A stretch of 63,392 bases of DNA, filler included. It is 7 parts of 7 records of this genome, joined end to end, with 100 filler letters (N's around TTAATTAATTAA, not from the genome) between each part and the next. Parts side by side here need not be neighbours in the genome. Positions count along the whole stretch, not along the records: positions 47,192 to 53,121 come from SRR2962707_4037; positions 53,222 to 63,392 come from SRR2962707_4048; 5 more parts are not named here. The stretch is one strand, 5' to 3'. Both the position numbers and the translations under genes were made by a program. The notes below the pieces were generated by a model that did no database searches, had not been told where the DNA came from, and worked only from the letters and a program-made list of their open reading frames with translations. Each line of letters starts with the position of its first letter. The stretch's first letter is position 1. Shown here in pieces: positions 47,804-59,400 of the stretch.

Positions 47804-50800
47804 ATGCTTCGCAGAGTTGAAGAGGAAATGAAGCGACCGAGGCCGGTGGCGTCTGGCTACATTCGCAGGACCAAGTATGCAGGAGGAGGCATATTGTCGC
47901 GCAGCATGGATGTTCAGGTGAACGCGCCTGGTTCACAGCAGTCGATTGGCAATGGCAGCGGCAATACTGTTCGAGCAGCCACGCCAGTGCTTATAAGCTT
48001 CACGCCAACGGCACTTCGAATAGGCTGGAAAAATCCATTCTCGGGCAGCCCTCCGCTCAAAGGCACGGAGCTGCAGATATCCACGCATCCACGAGATTGG
48101 TCCGTGAAGAACGGGATGAGAATGCTGCGGCTGCCTGCTGGAGACGCTAGGTTGCAGACGCTGGTGACGGGGTTGGTGCCAAACACACAATACTTCGTGC
48201 GCGTGCGTGTGATGCGCCGTAGCGATGGAATGGCCAGTTCATGGAGTCACCCGCCTTTGCAAGCGTGCACGGAGCCCATTCGAGCCCCAGATCCAAGCAC
48301 ACTTATTCGTGTGACAACACCTTCCGCCGCGCTGAAAACACGAATCGAATGGGGCGATGCGTACGCAGGCGGATCCAAGCATGGTGTCATCGCGTATGAA
48401 GTTCGCACGCATGTGTTGGACGACGATGGCAAGTGGGTGGAACGAATTTGGGACAAGAGTGCAGACACCGACCCTTTCGCTGAACAGTCGAGTGACAGGC
48501 CAGTTGAGCGAGGGCCGAAGGCGGATGCGCTGGCACAGAGTGCCATTGTGACAGGAATGAAGCCAGCGACGGCGTTTCGTGTGTCGGTGCGTGCAAAGAA
48601 TAAAGAGGCTGGTTGGGGAGAGTGGGGTCCTGAATTTGAGTTTATGGCTGGCCCACGAGTGGCGCTTCCAGAACCAGTGGATGCCAGCCGGATTCGCACT
48701 TTACACGCAACGCAGGATTCGGTGACGGTGGTCTGGGAACCTCCTGAATCCGAAGGAGCATGGATAGAGGAGTAGGTTTTCTGTTTTTGCGTTCGTGTCT
48801 TGCCCGCATTGTGCTTTCCAAATGTCACGCATCGTTTCTGCAGTTCTCACGGATGCACACGGGCCTTTATTCTGATCTCGTTGAGCAGGTACTGCCTGCA
48901 AGTCAGTGAGAATGGAGTGCATTGGAGCGCCCATCACAAGGCTGGTGGACAGCAGCAGTCGCTACTGTTGCCGGAATTGCAAGCTGGTACCCGCTATTTT
49001 GTACGCGTCAAGGCAAAGAATGCGTTGGGATGGAGCAAGTCCGTAGTTTCTTTCAAGCATCCCTGGATTCAAATGCAATGTCTGTCAAGGTTCATTTCTT
49101 TCCCTCGTCATTTTGATTGCGCAGATACTCAGATCCTGCACCAATTCGAACGCTCGCGCCGGCAACTCCCGCGCGGCCGCAGCCAGTGCACTGCGCTGAA
49201 GCAGGGGCTACGCACTTAACCATGCGAGGTGTTTTTGATATCGAGACAGCGACTTCGTCGGCGCCACCAATTGCGTTTGTAATGGAAATCACAGCCAGAA
49301 ATGCTCCGGACTGGGGTGGAGCCCACTCCATGTCCGCTCGGATCCCCGCCGCATCCGCAGGAGTATTAAACCCAGCCGGTCCGCTGGAAACATTAGCACT
49401 TGATGGCAAGAGCGACAGCGCACGCTTGCATATCGCCACAATTTGGCAGCCCACCTACACGTTTCGAGGGCTCACGCAAGACTTTGAGTACTTGGTTCGG
49501 TTCAGAGCATTAAATCGTGTTGGTTGGAGTAGTTGGAGTCGTCCCACCGTTGCAACAACGAAACGGTATGCTTGGCCTGTGAATCGCTTGGATTTTCTGT
49601 TTGTTGCACGGGTTGTCGCTTCCATCCCTGACGTGGTGCGGTGGCTCCATTTTTTGTGTTGTTTTATGCAGATTTAGCACGGGAGACCTTGTGGAAATTT
49701 TGTGGAAGGGCCCGTTCGTAAACCTTCTGGGATGGCACCTAGCACAAATTGTGGCCGTTAATTTCGTTGGTGACGATGAAAGTCAATCGTTTTCAGCTGC
49801 AACGAGTATTGTTCGGGTACCAAAGCAAGATCAAAGGTTTGCAGTTGCTGTGCACAGTTCACACAATTCGATTTTTCCATAGTGGCGTCTGATGTGTTGC
49901 AGAGTGAGTTCAAAACTTTGAAATGGGTGCGCCAGGCCATCAGACCAAGATGTGCAACTGATTGCTCGAGTAATGGAATTCCCAGATGTGGATGTGCCGG
50001 TTCGCGCGGGTCAACTACGAGAGCTTGCAGCACCGTTGAAACACGCCTCTATTTCAGACCTTTCCGTTGGTTGCGAGGTGATGGTGATTGCTGACCCAGA
50101 CTCCATGCATGATAATGGCAATGCTGCGGAGCAACGGCGTCGTAGACTACGTGGGGCAACAGAAGGGATTTTGTTTGGAAGGCGAGGCACTGTGCTACAA
50201 GTCAACTTGCAAGCAAAAATGGTCGACGTGAGTTTCGTGCTGCCAGAGCAGCCAGGACGAGCTGAGCAAAGATTCGAACGTTCACTGCCAGAAGCGTGTC
50301 TTCAAAGTCCGGAGCAACTCAAGTTCTGGCGCAACGCGATGGATGACCCTGGAGAATATGGCAATGACGCCAACGTCGTCGACTTCTTAGACACACCTAC
50401 ACCCGCAGAAAATTTTCGTCTTCACGCAGTTCAGCGCGCAACGACAACGCCGGGGAACAGTGCATCCTCTCCGCACGCGCGATCCAGGGCCCCGACAGTG
50501 CACAAAATGGACGACCTGCGGCGGCCACCGCGCCGAAGCCCCGAGGAGCACCCTGATGAAATTTTGGATCGCCAACACAAACGCGCGCAAAGGTGTGTGT
50601 GTGGGTTTGCGCGTGCATGCTTTGTTGTTGTGCCGTATGCACAATTGGCGCGTCAAGCGTGTGACTGTGACAATGAAGCGCCATGGATTTTATTGCCAGG
50701 CGCCTGGAGGAAGCACGCGACAGGGAGCTCAACCAATTGCATAGCAACAACGATGCAGTTTTTCTTAGCTTAATGGGAGCAATCGGCCCAGACGACAACT

Positions 50801-50805
50801 GCTGA
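47804..50805 (+). CDS. Spliced gene: intracellular protein with about four fibronectin type III domains and C-terminal SH3/Tudor-like barrels
   Basis: GLVPNTQYFVRVRV, GMKPATAFRVSVRAKN..GWGEW, ELQAGTRYFVRVKAKNALGWS and GLTQDFEYLVRFRALNRVGWSSWS; no signal peptide; spliced stop at 50803-50805. Confidence 0.83.
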
Positions 50806-50963
50806 CTATAATGCCAATAATGTCCCCTTCAACAGCTTTCCACTACACCTCTGTTTCGCATACGTTGTTGGAAGTAGCCCGCTAGACGCCAGAAATGCTG
50901 AGAGAACAGCGTTGTATCTACGAGACGCTTGATCAATCATGGAGAGCGAAATGGATGGCCAGT

Positions 50964-52770
50964 TTAGAATACTTCCGGGTTGTTTTGACCATTGGGAAGC
51001 ATCTGGAAAGGGTATTGCGGATGGACTTCGTCGCGGGGCCTGCAAGTTGTCATGTTCCAGCAGCAAACATCAGAAACAGTGCGAATTACATACACACCAT
51101 GCATGGGCACATCATGCGTCAAGACTCTGCGCGGACCGTTGCTTGCCATCACGTTCCACTGTGGGGCCACCCCAGCCTGTTCGGATGCCCTTGTCCAATT
51201 GCGCCTGAGAAGCAAAATTGAGACTACCGGTCAGCAATTTGTTTTTGTCTAAAATTGACAACAAGCATTAGACACAGCCGCGCTCGTACCAAAGCAGCCA
51301 TGTCTTCCTCGCTAAGCGAAAAGTCCAGCGCAAAATTTTCCTGGATGCGGTTTTCTTTGACTGATTTCGGGATCACCACCACTCCTCGCTGCAAAGAGTG
51401 GCGCAGTGCAACCTTGCAACAGCGGAGCAAAATGCACGTTAAACCAGTCAAGTAACACCCGAACTCGCAAAGCTCGTAGCCAAATCGACTCAAAATTAGC
51501 GATGTACCTGCGCTGCTGATTTTCCGTACTTGGCGCCAATTTCTTTCAAAGCGGGGTGTTGCGGGACAATGAAGCCGTCGACAACGCTGCCACTTCCGAG
51601 TGGGGAATATCCAGTGACAACAATGTTGTTGGCCTGGCAGAACCTAACGATCACGACAAACAATGTGACCAACATTTTACGCTGCTGTTTCGTTCAAACC
51701 ATTCAGCGTGTCTGGACCGCAACGCACTTAATAAGCGGAATCTGCTGAAAGAATGGGTGCACTTCAACTTGCAACACGGCGGGTGGAATTTTGGCCGTTG
51801 CTAGAATATTTTTGATTTGAGTTGACGTAAAGTTTGAGAGGCCAATGAATCGTGTCAATCCAGCAGCCACCGTTCCCTATGCACAACGGGTTCGACTTTC
51901 AGAGCCACTTGCTGAGCGTTGACGCTGCGGGCAAGAAATTGTTGACAAATACACACCAATCAACGAACCTCCAACGCTTTCCACGTCTGCTCATGCGTGC
52001 TGGTCAAATCATACACCATCTGACCGTCCTCAGTCTTGGGAAACGACCGATTGGAGCCATCGACATGCGCAAATGCTTGCGGCCAGTGCACAAGGTAAAG
52101 GTCCAGGTACTCGAGCTGCAAGTCGGCAAGGGTAATTCGCAAAGCCGCCTCGACGTCTTCTGGTGCGTGCTCGGAGTTCCAAAGCTTTGACGTGACGAAG
52201 AGTTCCTCACGCTTCACAAGGCCAGTCTTGAACGCCTGGTGTTAATGAATGCGCATTTTCAGCAGCACATGAACGCACCACACCACAGTAAGAATGACCC
52301 GAAATAGCTTGCAGGCAATTCCCAACAACGCTGGAAGCCGCAGCGCAAGCCGCCAACACACCTGCTGCAATGCTTCGCCCACTTCCTTTTCATTGCCGTA
52401 CACAGCAGCGCCATCAATATGCCGATAGCCCGCTTTGATGGCAGCAAGAATCGCGGCACCGACTTGTCCAGCCGGAGCCTGCCACGTCCCGAGTCCAATC
52501 CGAGGGATAGCTTGAGACACGGTCACGTTCTTGGTCTCAGCAGGCGGCGCTTCTGCAGCCGCAGTTGCGTCTTTCTGCTCAGCCTGCAGCACAAACAAAG
52601 ACGAGGAGCGTTAGATCTTTCATTGGTATTGCCTGGCATTCGCTTTGTGTATGCTTTGGCGCATGGACATGAAATATGAAACCACGAACACATACGCTCG
52701 CTTGCTGCTTCGCCGGCTCTGGCTCGGCTACCGGCCCGGAGTCAACCACGTTGTTGTCAGTAGAAGACAT
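50964..52770 (-). CDS. Aldo-keto reductase (AKR1A1-like), spliced
   Basis: [55 protein letters not shown] and C-terminal [10 protein letters not shown]. Confidence 0.93.
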
Positions 52771-52994
52771 CTTGATGAATAGGTTGGAGAGACGAAAAAA
52801 GCAAAAAATGACAAAACAAAAGACAAACAGGGCAACAAGAGGCAGTTTGCGAAAAATGAAAAATAATAACGGGCAAAATACAACAATTCGTCGCAGGAGG
52901 ATTCGCGAAGGACAGAACAGGAACTGTGAAGATCTCGGTCCCCTGGAGATCTCGCTGGTTCTGTTGTTTGCCGGTCGCCGGAGCGTGAGATAGG

Positions 52995-53121
52995 CAAGAG
53001 AGGCAGAGAGGCAGAGAGGCAGGGAGACAGAGAGAGAGAGCTTCAAGAGAGCCTCAAGAGAGAGAGAGTTTCAAGAGAGCTTCACGAGAGAGAGCTTCAC
53101 GAGAGAGCTTCGAGAGAGCTT
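52995..53121. repeat. GA-rich repeat with a GAGAG(C/T)TTCAAGAG unit
   Basis: agagaggc x3, then gagagcttcaagag/gagagtttcaagag/gagagcttcacgag; contains the reverse complement of the unit at 46955-47091. Confidence 0.8.
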
Positions 53122-53221
53122 NNNNNNNNNNNNNNNNNNNNNNNNNNNNNNNNNNNNNNNNNNNNTTAATTAATTAANNNNNNNNNNNNNNNNNNNNNNN
53201 NNNNNNNNNNNNNNNNNNNNN
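53122..53221. other. Artificial contig spacer
   Basis: N-run with central TTAATTAATTAA. Confidence 0.97.
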
Positions 53222-53408
53222 TGCGAACACTCGTTTTCGCTCTGCCAGTGGTTGATTGGCTTTGCAGCTGGGCAGTTCAAAAAAAAATTCGTTGAACCTG
53301 CCAGAGGTTCGTCTTTGGCAATCCACACGACAGGACTGATGCCATTGATTGGCATTGTGCTGTGGAGTCTAAACTGATGCGGGGTGTCTGAGACGGGGCC
53401 ACAGAGCG

Positions 53409-56400
53409 ATGGGCGCCACAGGGAGCGTCCCGGCAGACCGGAAGGCCGAGGTGGGAGGGGCGGCCGTCGCTGCCTTCCATAGAGCAGTGGAGATGTTTGA
53501 ACTCGACCCTGAAGGCATGATCGTGATGATGAACTGCATTCTCACCGAGACCACCTCCGGCAAAATGTCCCTGGCGGACTACTACGAAGCTGAAAAGGAA
53601 CAGTAAGTTGCGGCTCGTTGCGTCGGGCTGACGAACTGCGGTTTTTGTTTGGTTTGGTTTTGGTGGGACGTCGGTTATGTTTGACAGCGGCTTTGCTCTT
53701 CCTGCCTACAGTCTTGAGAGTGATTGGCGTGAGATTTTGCGCTTGACAAGCTCCCACGAACACGCGCTTAAATTGTTCAAAGAAGCGTACGAGATATTTC
53801 GGGCCGCCGACGAAGAGAGTCGCCACGGAGTAGGCGAAGACGGTGTGAAAGAGCGAAGACAGCTGCAGACATTTCTCGCTGAGGCTTTGGAGCTCAAGCT
53901 TTTGACTCGGCGGGACATCGAACGCATCGAGGAAGAAATCGCCGCTGGAACTCGACCGGTAAGTGCTATGCCCAACGGTTCAAGCTTTGATCCATGGGTA
54001 GAAAAATGCCTGCCAGCTGATGAGCCATTGTTGCCTGTATCAGGTCACCTACTTCCTTAATGTATGGCGCCGGAAAGTTTTGCAAGAGCGGTCACGGGTG
54101 GAAGGTGTGGATCTGTGCAATGGGCTTTTTCGCAATCCTTAGCTGTGCCCATTGCACATGAAGTTGATGTCACTTGTTTCTTTGTTCTGGCAGGCCAAGC
54201 CAAGACTCTGGAATTCGCAAGACAAGAACGCCTTCGGCTGGAACTTTTGGAAGAGGACGAGCGTGCTCTTGCCCGAGGAAACCATCGTGGGACGGCCAAT
54301 ATGACGCGCCTCACCGTTGCGGAAGACCCTTCAGCAAATCCGCTGCTGTGGCTGCAGGACGGCGCTATTGGTCGATCGTCTTATGTTGCCGATTATTTGC
54401 ATGCACCAACTTTCCATCAGCAATTCATCGAGCGAGCATTGACAAATGCACCAAAGGACAATGGATTGAGCTCTGACGTGTCATCGTATGGGGGCGAAGC
54501 TGGGCTCATCAAGCGAGCTGTCGAACAGGTATGCGCTTTCTTTCGCGGCCTTCGACTTTATCCCACTGCTGTGCGCGCCTTGTGTTGGACACCGTTTTAG
54601 GATCAGCCGTCTCGTGTTGTGGACACTGCCAGGCTGCAGCAAATCCAAACTCAAGTCGTCGGTCTAAGAATGGGCGACATGTTGGTCGTGGACGCCGGAA
54701 AGCCAAAGATCGCCACTTGGAGCTGCATTTTAGCTCTCATGGCCATGAGCCTCATGAAGTTGATGATGGCGATGTTCAAGAGCAAAAGCTTAAGCGCACC
54801 TTGCTGCAAACTCTCAAAGATGGGTCTGAGGAAGTCCAAGCAAAGCTCTTGATGGAGCAAGCCCAGCTCCCACTGTACGAGCGAGAATTTTGGAGTGATT
54901 GGAGGCATCGGTATGTTGTTGTTTCGTGCGCAGTGTCTGACAACTGTGACAGGGTGCATGTGATTTAACGTTCACCTCATTTGAATTTGAACACCGTAGC
55001 TGGCGCAATCTCGACGGGGACGGTGCAATTGCCCAGCTCAAAAGGCGACTTCGGCACATCTTGAAGGATGAGGCGCGAGCAGCCAGGGTCAAAGAAATGG
55101 GAGCGCGAACACGCGATTCCAATCACGTTACTAATTCGAGCGCGGCAAGCCCTGTGCCCAAGGAACTTTTAAAAGTAGACAAAGATGGTTGCACAGCGCT
55201 TCACCACGCCTCATTTGGGGTCCCTGCTGCTGCGGTTGGAGCCCTGGTGAAGGCTTGTCCATCCATGGCTGCCATTCGGGACAAGGATGGGCTGGTTCCC
55301 CTGCACTACTGCGTTCGTTTTGGGCTTCCAGGCGCAGTTGAGAAGGTGCGTGCAGGATTGCACCGAGTGACATCACGACTTCCCCAACGCGTTGCTAAAT
55401 TATTGGGTGGTGTCCGATGCGCATTGTGCAGATCCTGACTTATGCCCCAGAGTCTGCCCGGCTGCAATGCTCATCTCAGAACATAAATGGCTGGCTGCCT
55501 CTTCATGTGGTGCGGATGCGCGAGTGTTGACAACATGGCGGTGCAAATAATGATGTGTTGATGTGACTTTTCCGAGTCCGCCATCGTAGGCTGTGCGATA
55601 CGGTGCTTCGGCAGCCGTAATTTCTGCGCTGCTCAAGGCCTATCGAGACTCAGCAAAGTGTTGGGCAACCGATGCCGCCAGTCGAGCAACAGGTGGTTGG
55701 CTGATTTGATTTGTTCTTCATTTGCAGCGCCGTTCGTGCTTTTGATGCAATTGACGACGGAGTTGGGCTACGTAGGACTTGACAAAGTAATCAAAGACAA
55801 TGGGCAGTTGGCCCTCCATATGTGTGCACGAGAGGCTGCATGGATGGCGGCCGCTAGTTCATTTGCAGACTGGCATCGTACTTGGCCATCTTCGGAGGCG
55901 GTGTGCCGCCTGCTGATAAAGGCCTTCGCACAGGTGAAACCAGGGCAGATGTACCAAGCGGATGAGATAGTGAACTGGCAGTTGGAGCTTGTTTGCGAGA
56001 TATTGACCCTTTTTTGAACATGCTTTGTCACACCGGTTGTTGCAGGCTGCCAGTATCCCTGATCGGTACGGCCGCCTTCCAATCCACTACATTGCTCGGG
56101 CTTGCTGCCCTGAACACCAAAATAGCGATGTAGCTGGAGATGCAATCGATGACGTCGCAGCAGGGCTCATCAAAAGCGCAGAAGACGAGGCCAACAAAGC
56201 GTCTCCGCGTCCGTCCGAAATGTCTCCACTCACGGCGCGGCCCACTGCTCGCACATCGCGCGACGAACCAACTGTGCCACTTGAGGACGGTGCCCCACTG
56301 TCAATGGTGATTAGTTTACTTGCTGCCAATCCAGCTGGAGTTTACGTTCCCGACAAAGATGGGCAGCTGCCAATCCACCCAAGAATAATTCTCTATGCCA

Positions 56401-59400
56401 TGGATCGATTTTACGAGACCCTGATGAATTTCTCCTCTCGTCGTCGACGCTATCGACGTGCAGTGGAGGACCAGGTGCGACGCCTTGTGCATTCATGTTT
56501 GGTGGATGTTGTGCGAACGTGCCTTGCCCTCATGTTTTGTAGGTTTGTTGATTAGGTTGCTCACGGTCTGCTTGGCAAAGAAGAAGGTGAATTGTTGATA
56601 CACGAAAACGAAAGCCTCAAAGTTGGGGACCGAGTGCTTTTGTCGCTATCTGTGGTGGAGCAAAAGGACTGGCAGCGGGGGCCGATGAGAATTGGTGACT
56701 ATGGGGTAATTGTTGATCATGATCCATCCGACCCTGAACTTCCTTTCAAAGTCGTCAAGACAGGATACAACGTCTCTTACTGGTTCGGAAAGGGCTGTGA
56801 GATGTTGGATTGCAGCTTGGCCTGAAATGTGCACCCTTTTTACCTCCGCTATCGACACCGGCTGTAGGTACGCCAGTACCTCCCTTGTGCTGAACTCTGG
56901 GTACGCCATGCGTGATCCATGCCATGTTGCTGTGAATCAAGTAGCCTCGCCATGGCAGCGCATTTAGGCGGAAAGATGTGTTGTTTTGGTGTAGTTACGA
57001 CTGGCAGTGTTTGAGAGCTATCATCGATGGTTATCCGGAAGGTTTTGTTGGTGTGTTTCGGCTCTTCTACTTGCTGTATATGCTGGTCTCAAGTCCAAGT
57101 ATTCTTTTCACGATCTCCTGCTGATTTGCGTGCATAAAGCTGTTGCGGGGGACCGATTGCAAGCTGCAATCGCTGTTATGTGCTCTATGCTGGACGAAAA
57201 CCAAAGATTTGACACATATGCGCTGATCAAGCCAGAGCGGCTGCCGACCAAGTTGGAGTCTGAGTTCAATTTGCGTGGCAAGCTTCGTGCCGCCGCGTAC
57301 GTAATCCAGCCTTGCAGCACACCCTTCGACGAAGGACTTTTCGCTGTGTATGTGTTGCAATTCATGTGGATTTACGACGATTCTGCGCACCCTTGCAGGT
57401 ACAGCAAAGGTGGGCTGGACTTTGAAGCATTGTTTTCCCAGTTCGACTCTGATGGCAGCGGAGAGCTCGATCTTGAGGAATTTGGGTAAGCAATTGGACG
57501 AAAGGACGATGCACGGTGTGAAGCATTCTGTGGCGTTCGCGTGTGTGATCATGTATGTTATTCTGCTGTTGTTTGATGTCCTCTGGTTAGCGCTGCAATG
57601 CGGAAAGCGGCCAAAATCTCCGTAAATGACGTTACAGACGAAGAGCTGGAGGAAATGTTTAATCTTGTTGATGCCGATCACAGGTAAGTATAGTTCTGCG
57701 TGGAATGCTGGACTTGAGCAAAATTCATTGCTAAACGGGCTTCCTATGCTTGCAATTCAATGTTAGCGGCGACGTTGATGTTGATGAGTTTTGCACATGG
57801 CTTGGCGATGGGGAGGGTGAATACGATAAGAATAAAGTTAGCAGTGTCCCCAATGTGGAGCTGGTTGCCGCTGCTGATGGAGGCTACACAATTCCAGACA
57901 TCAAGCGAGTGCTGAGGTTGGTGTAGGTTGGGATGACTGGTGTAACGTTGGCCGGCAACACTAGTCCATGCCCGCTAACTTCGGTTTGTTGTTTTGTTTT
58001 TTCCAGAGTGTGTCTGCAGAACCGTGACGTTCGGACTTATCTGTCCAACCCTCGCCGATACGCGACACTGAAGGAAGCAGCTGAAACACGGTTGGAACAG
58101 ATTGAACACGATCTGGAAGAGCTATTTTACGCCGAAGAACTCCCAGACAAACTGGGGCAGCTGTGTAAGGGACAGGTCATTATCGACGAAGAAGCTCCCT
58201 TGAAGGTAATTGATTGTGCTCAAGAGCGGATGTTCTGTGCAGGATTGAAGTCATTTAAGCAGTTTTGCATGTTGTGATCTCGTGTACTGCAGGACAAAAT
58301 AGGCCGCGTTTCAGATGCAATGCTCGCCGACGAACTTGCCAAGCGTGGGGTATCGAAAGTGACTGGCTCGCGCTCGTTTCGGGAACAGAAGCTGCTTGAA
58401 CTTTTGAAGCACGAGGAGGCAGAGGTTGGTCCGAATCTGAATCTCGTTGCCTGGGCATCTGAATATCGAAGCGTGTTAATGCGATGAGCTGTGCACCACA
58501 GGCTGAACGAAAAGCGAAGCTTTTGCACGCAGAACGACAGAATGACTCACACTCCGCAAGCAGCGGCGACGACAGTGACGCCGAAAATGTCGGCATGGGG
58601 GATGGGGAGCAAAAAGTCAACAGCGAGGAGGCGGCGACTGCTGCAGCATTGGAACTGGCAGAGGATCCTGCAAAACGGCTAAAGCGTGTCAACGAGGTTT
58701 GTAGTCAATCTTGAGCTTTTCGGCTCATGCCTGTGGTATTGGCCATTCGCAACTAATCGGCGCTGGCGGTTGCAGGCGTGTTTGAAAATATTTTTAGAGC
58801 ACACCAATGGAGAGGAAATGGCGAGTGTCGCAAAGTTGCGCTCGCTTCTTCGCTATTTTCAAGCAGAAGAGTTCAAGTATGTCAGAGACATGCCAAGTGG
58901 ATGGAATGCAAGCTCTTGCCACATCTTACCGATGGATTGCGTTTCGCTGCACAGGTACAACACAGGGGAGGTGAACGTAGACCCAGCCAAATTTGGATTG
59001 TCGGACAGCGATTTCAGCGAAGTGCGCAAAAAAGCACTTTCGATGGAAGGGCTCCAGAGTGATGGCACGCACGTATCCTTCGTGACGGTAAAGAAACTAG
59101 TCGGCCTTCCGCTGGTCGAGGACGAAGTTCAGGTACTTGCGCTCTCTTTTTGTTATCAGTAGGCGCCGTGCATTCCTTGGGCAAATTTTCTTTAATCCAT
59201 GTTTTGCCACGACTGCCAGGATTTGATTGCGCGCACATCGGAGGATCTTGCAACTGTGAAAGAACAAATCCAAGATGAAGATCCTGGTCAGCAGATTGCA
59301 CCAAGTCGTTGTTCAGCTCCGAGACGATGCTGTACCCAATATGCTGTGCTCACTTTCGTCGATAACTTGGTGTCGTGCTTCCAGGTCCGGTTTTAACGAA

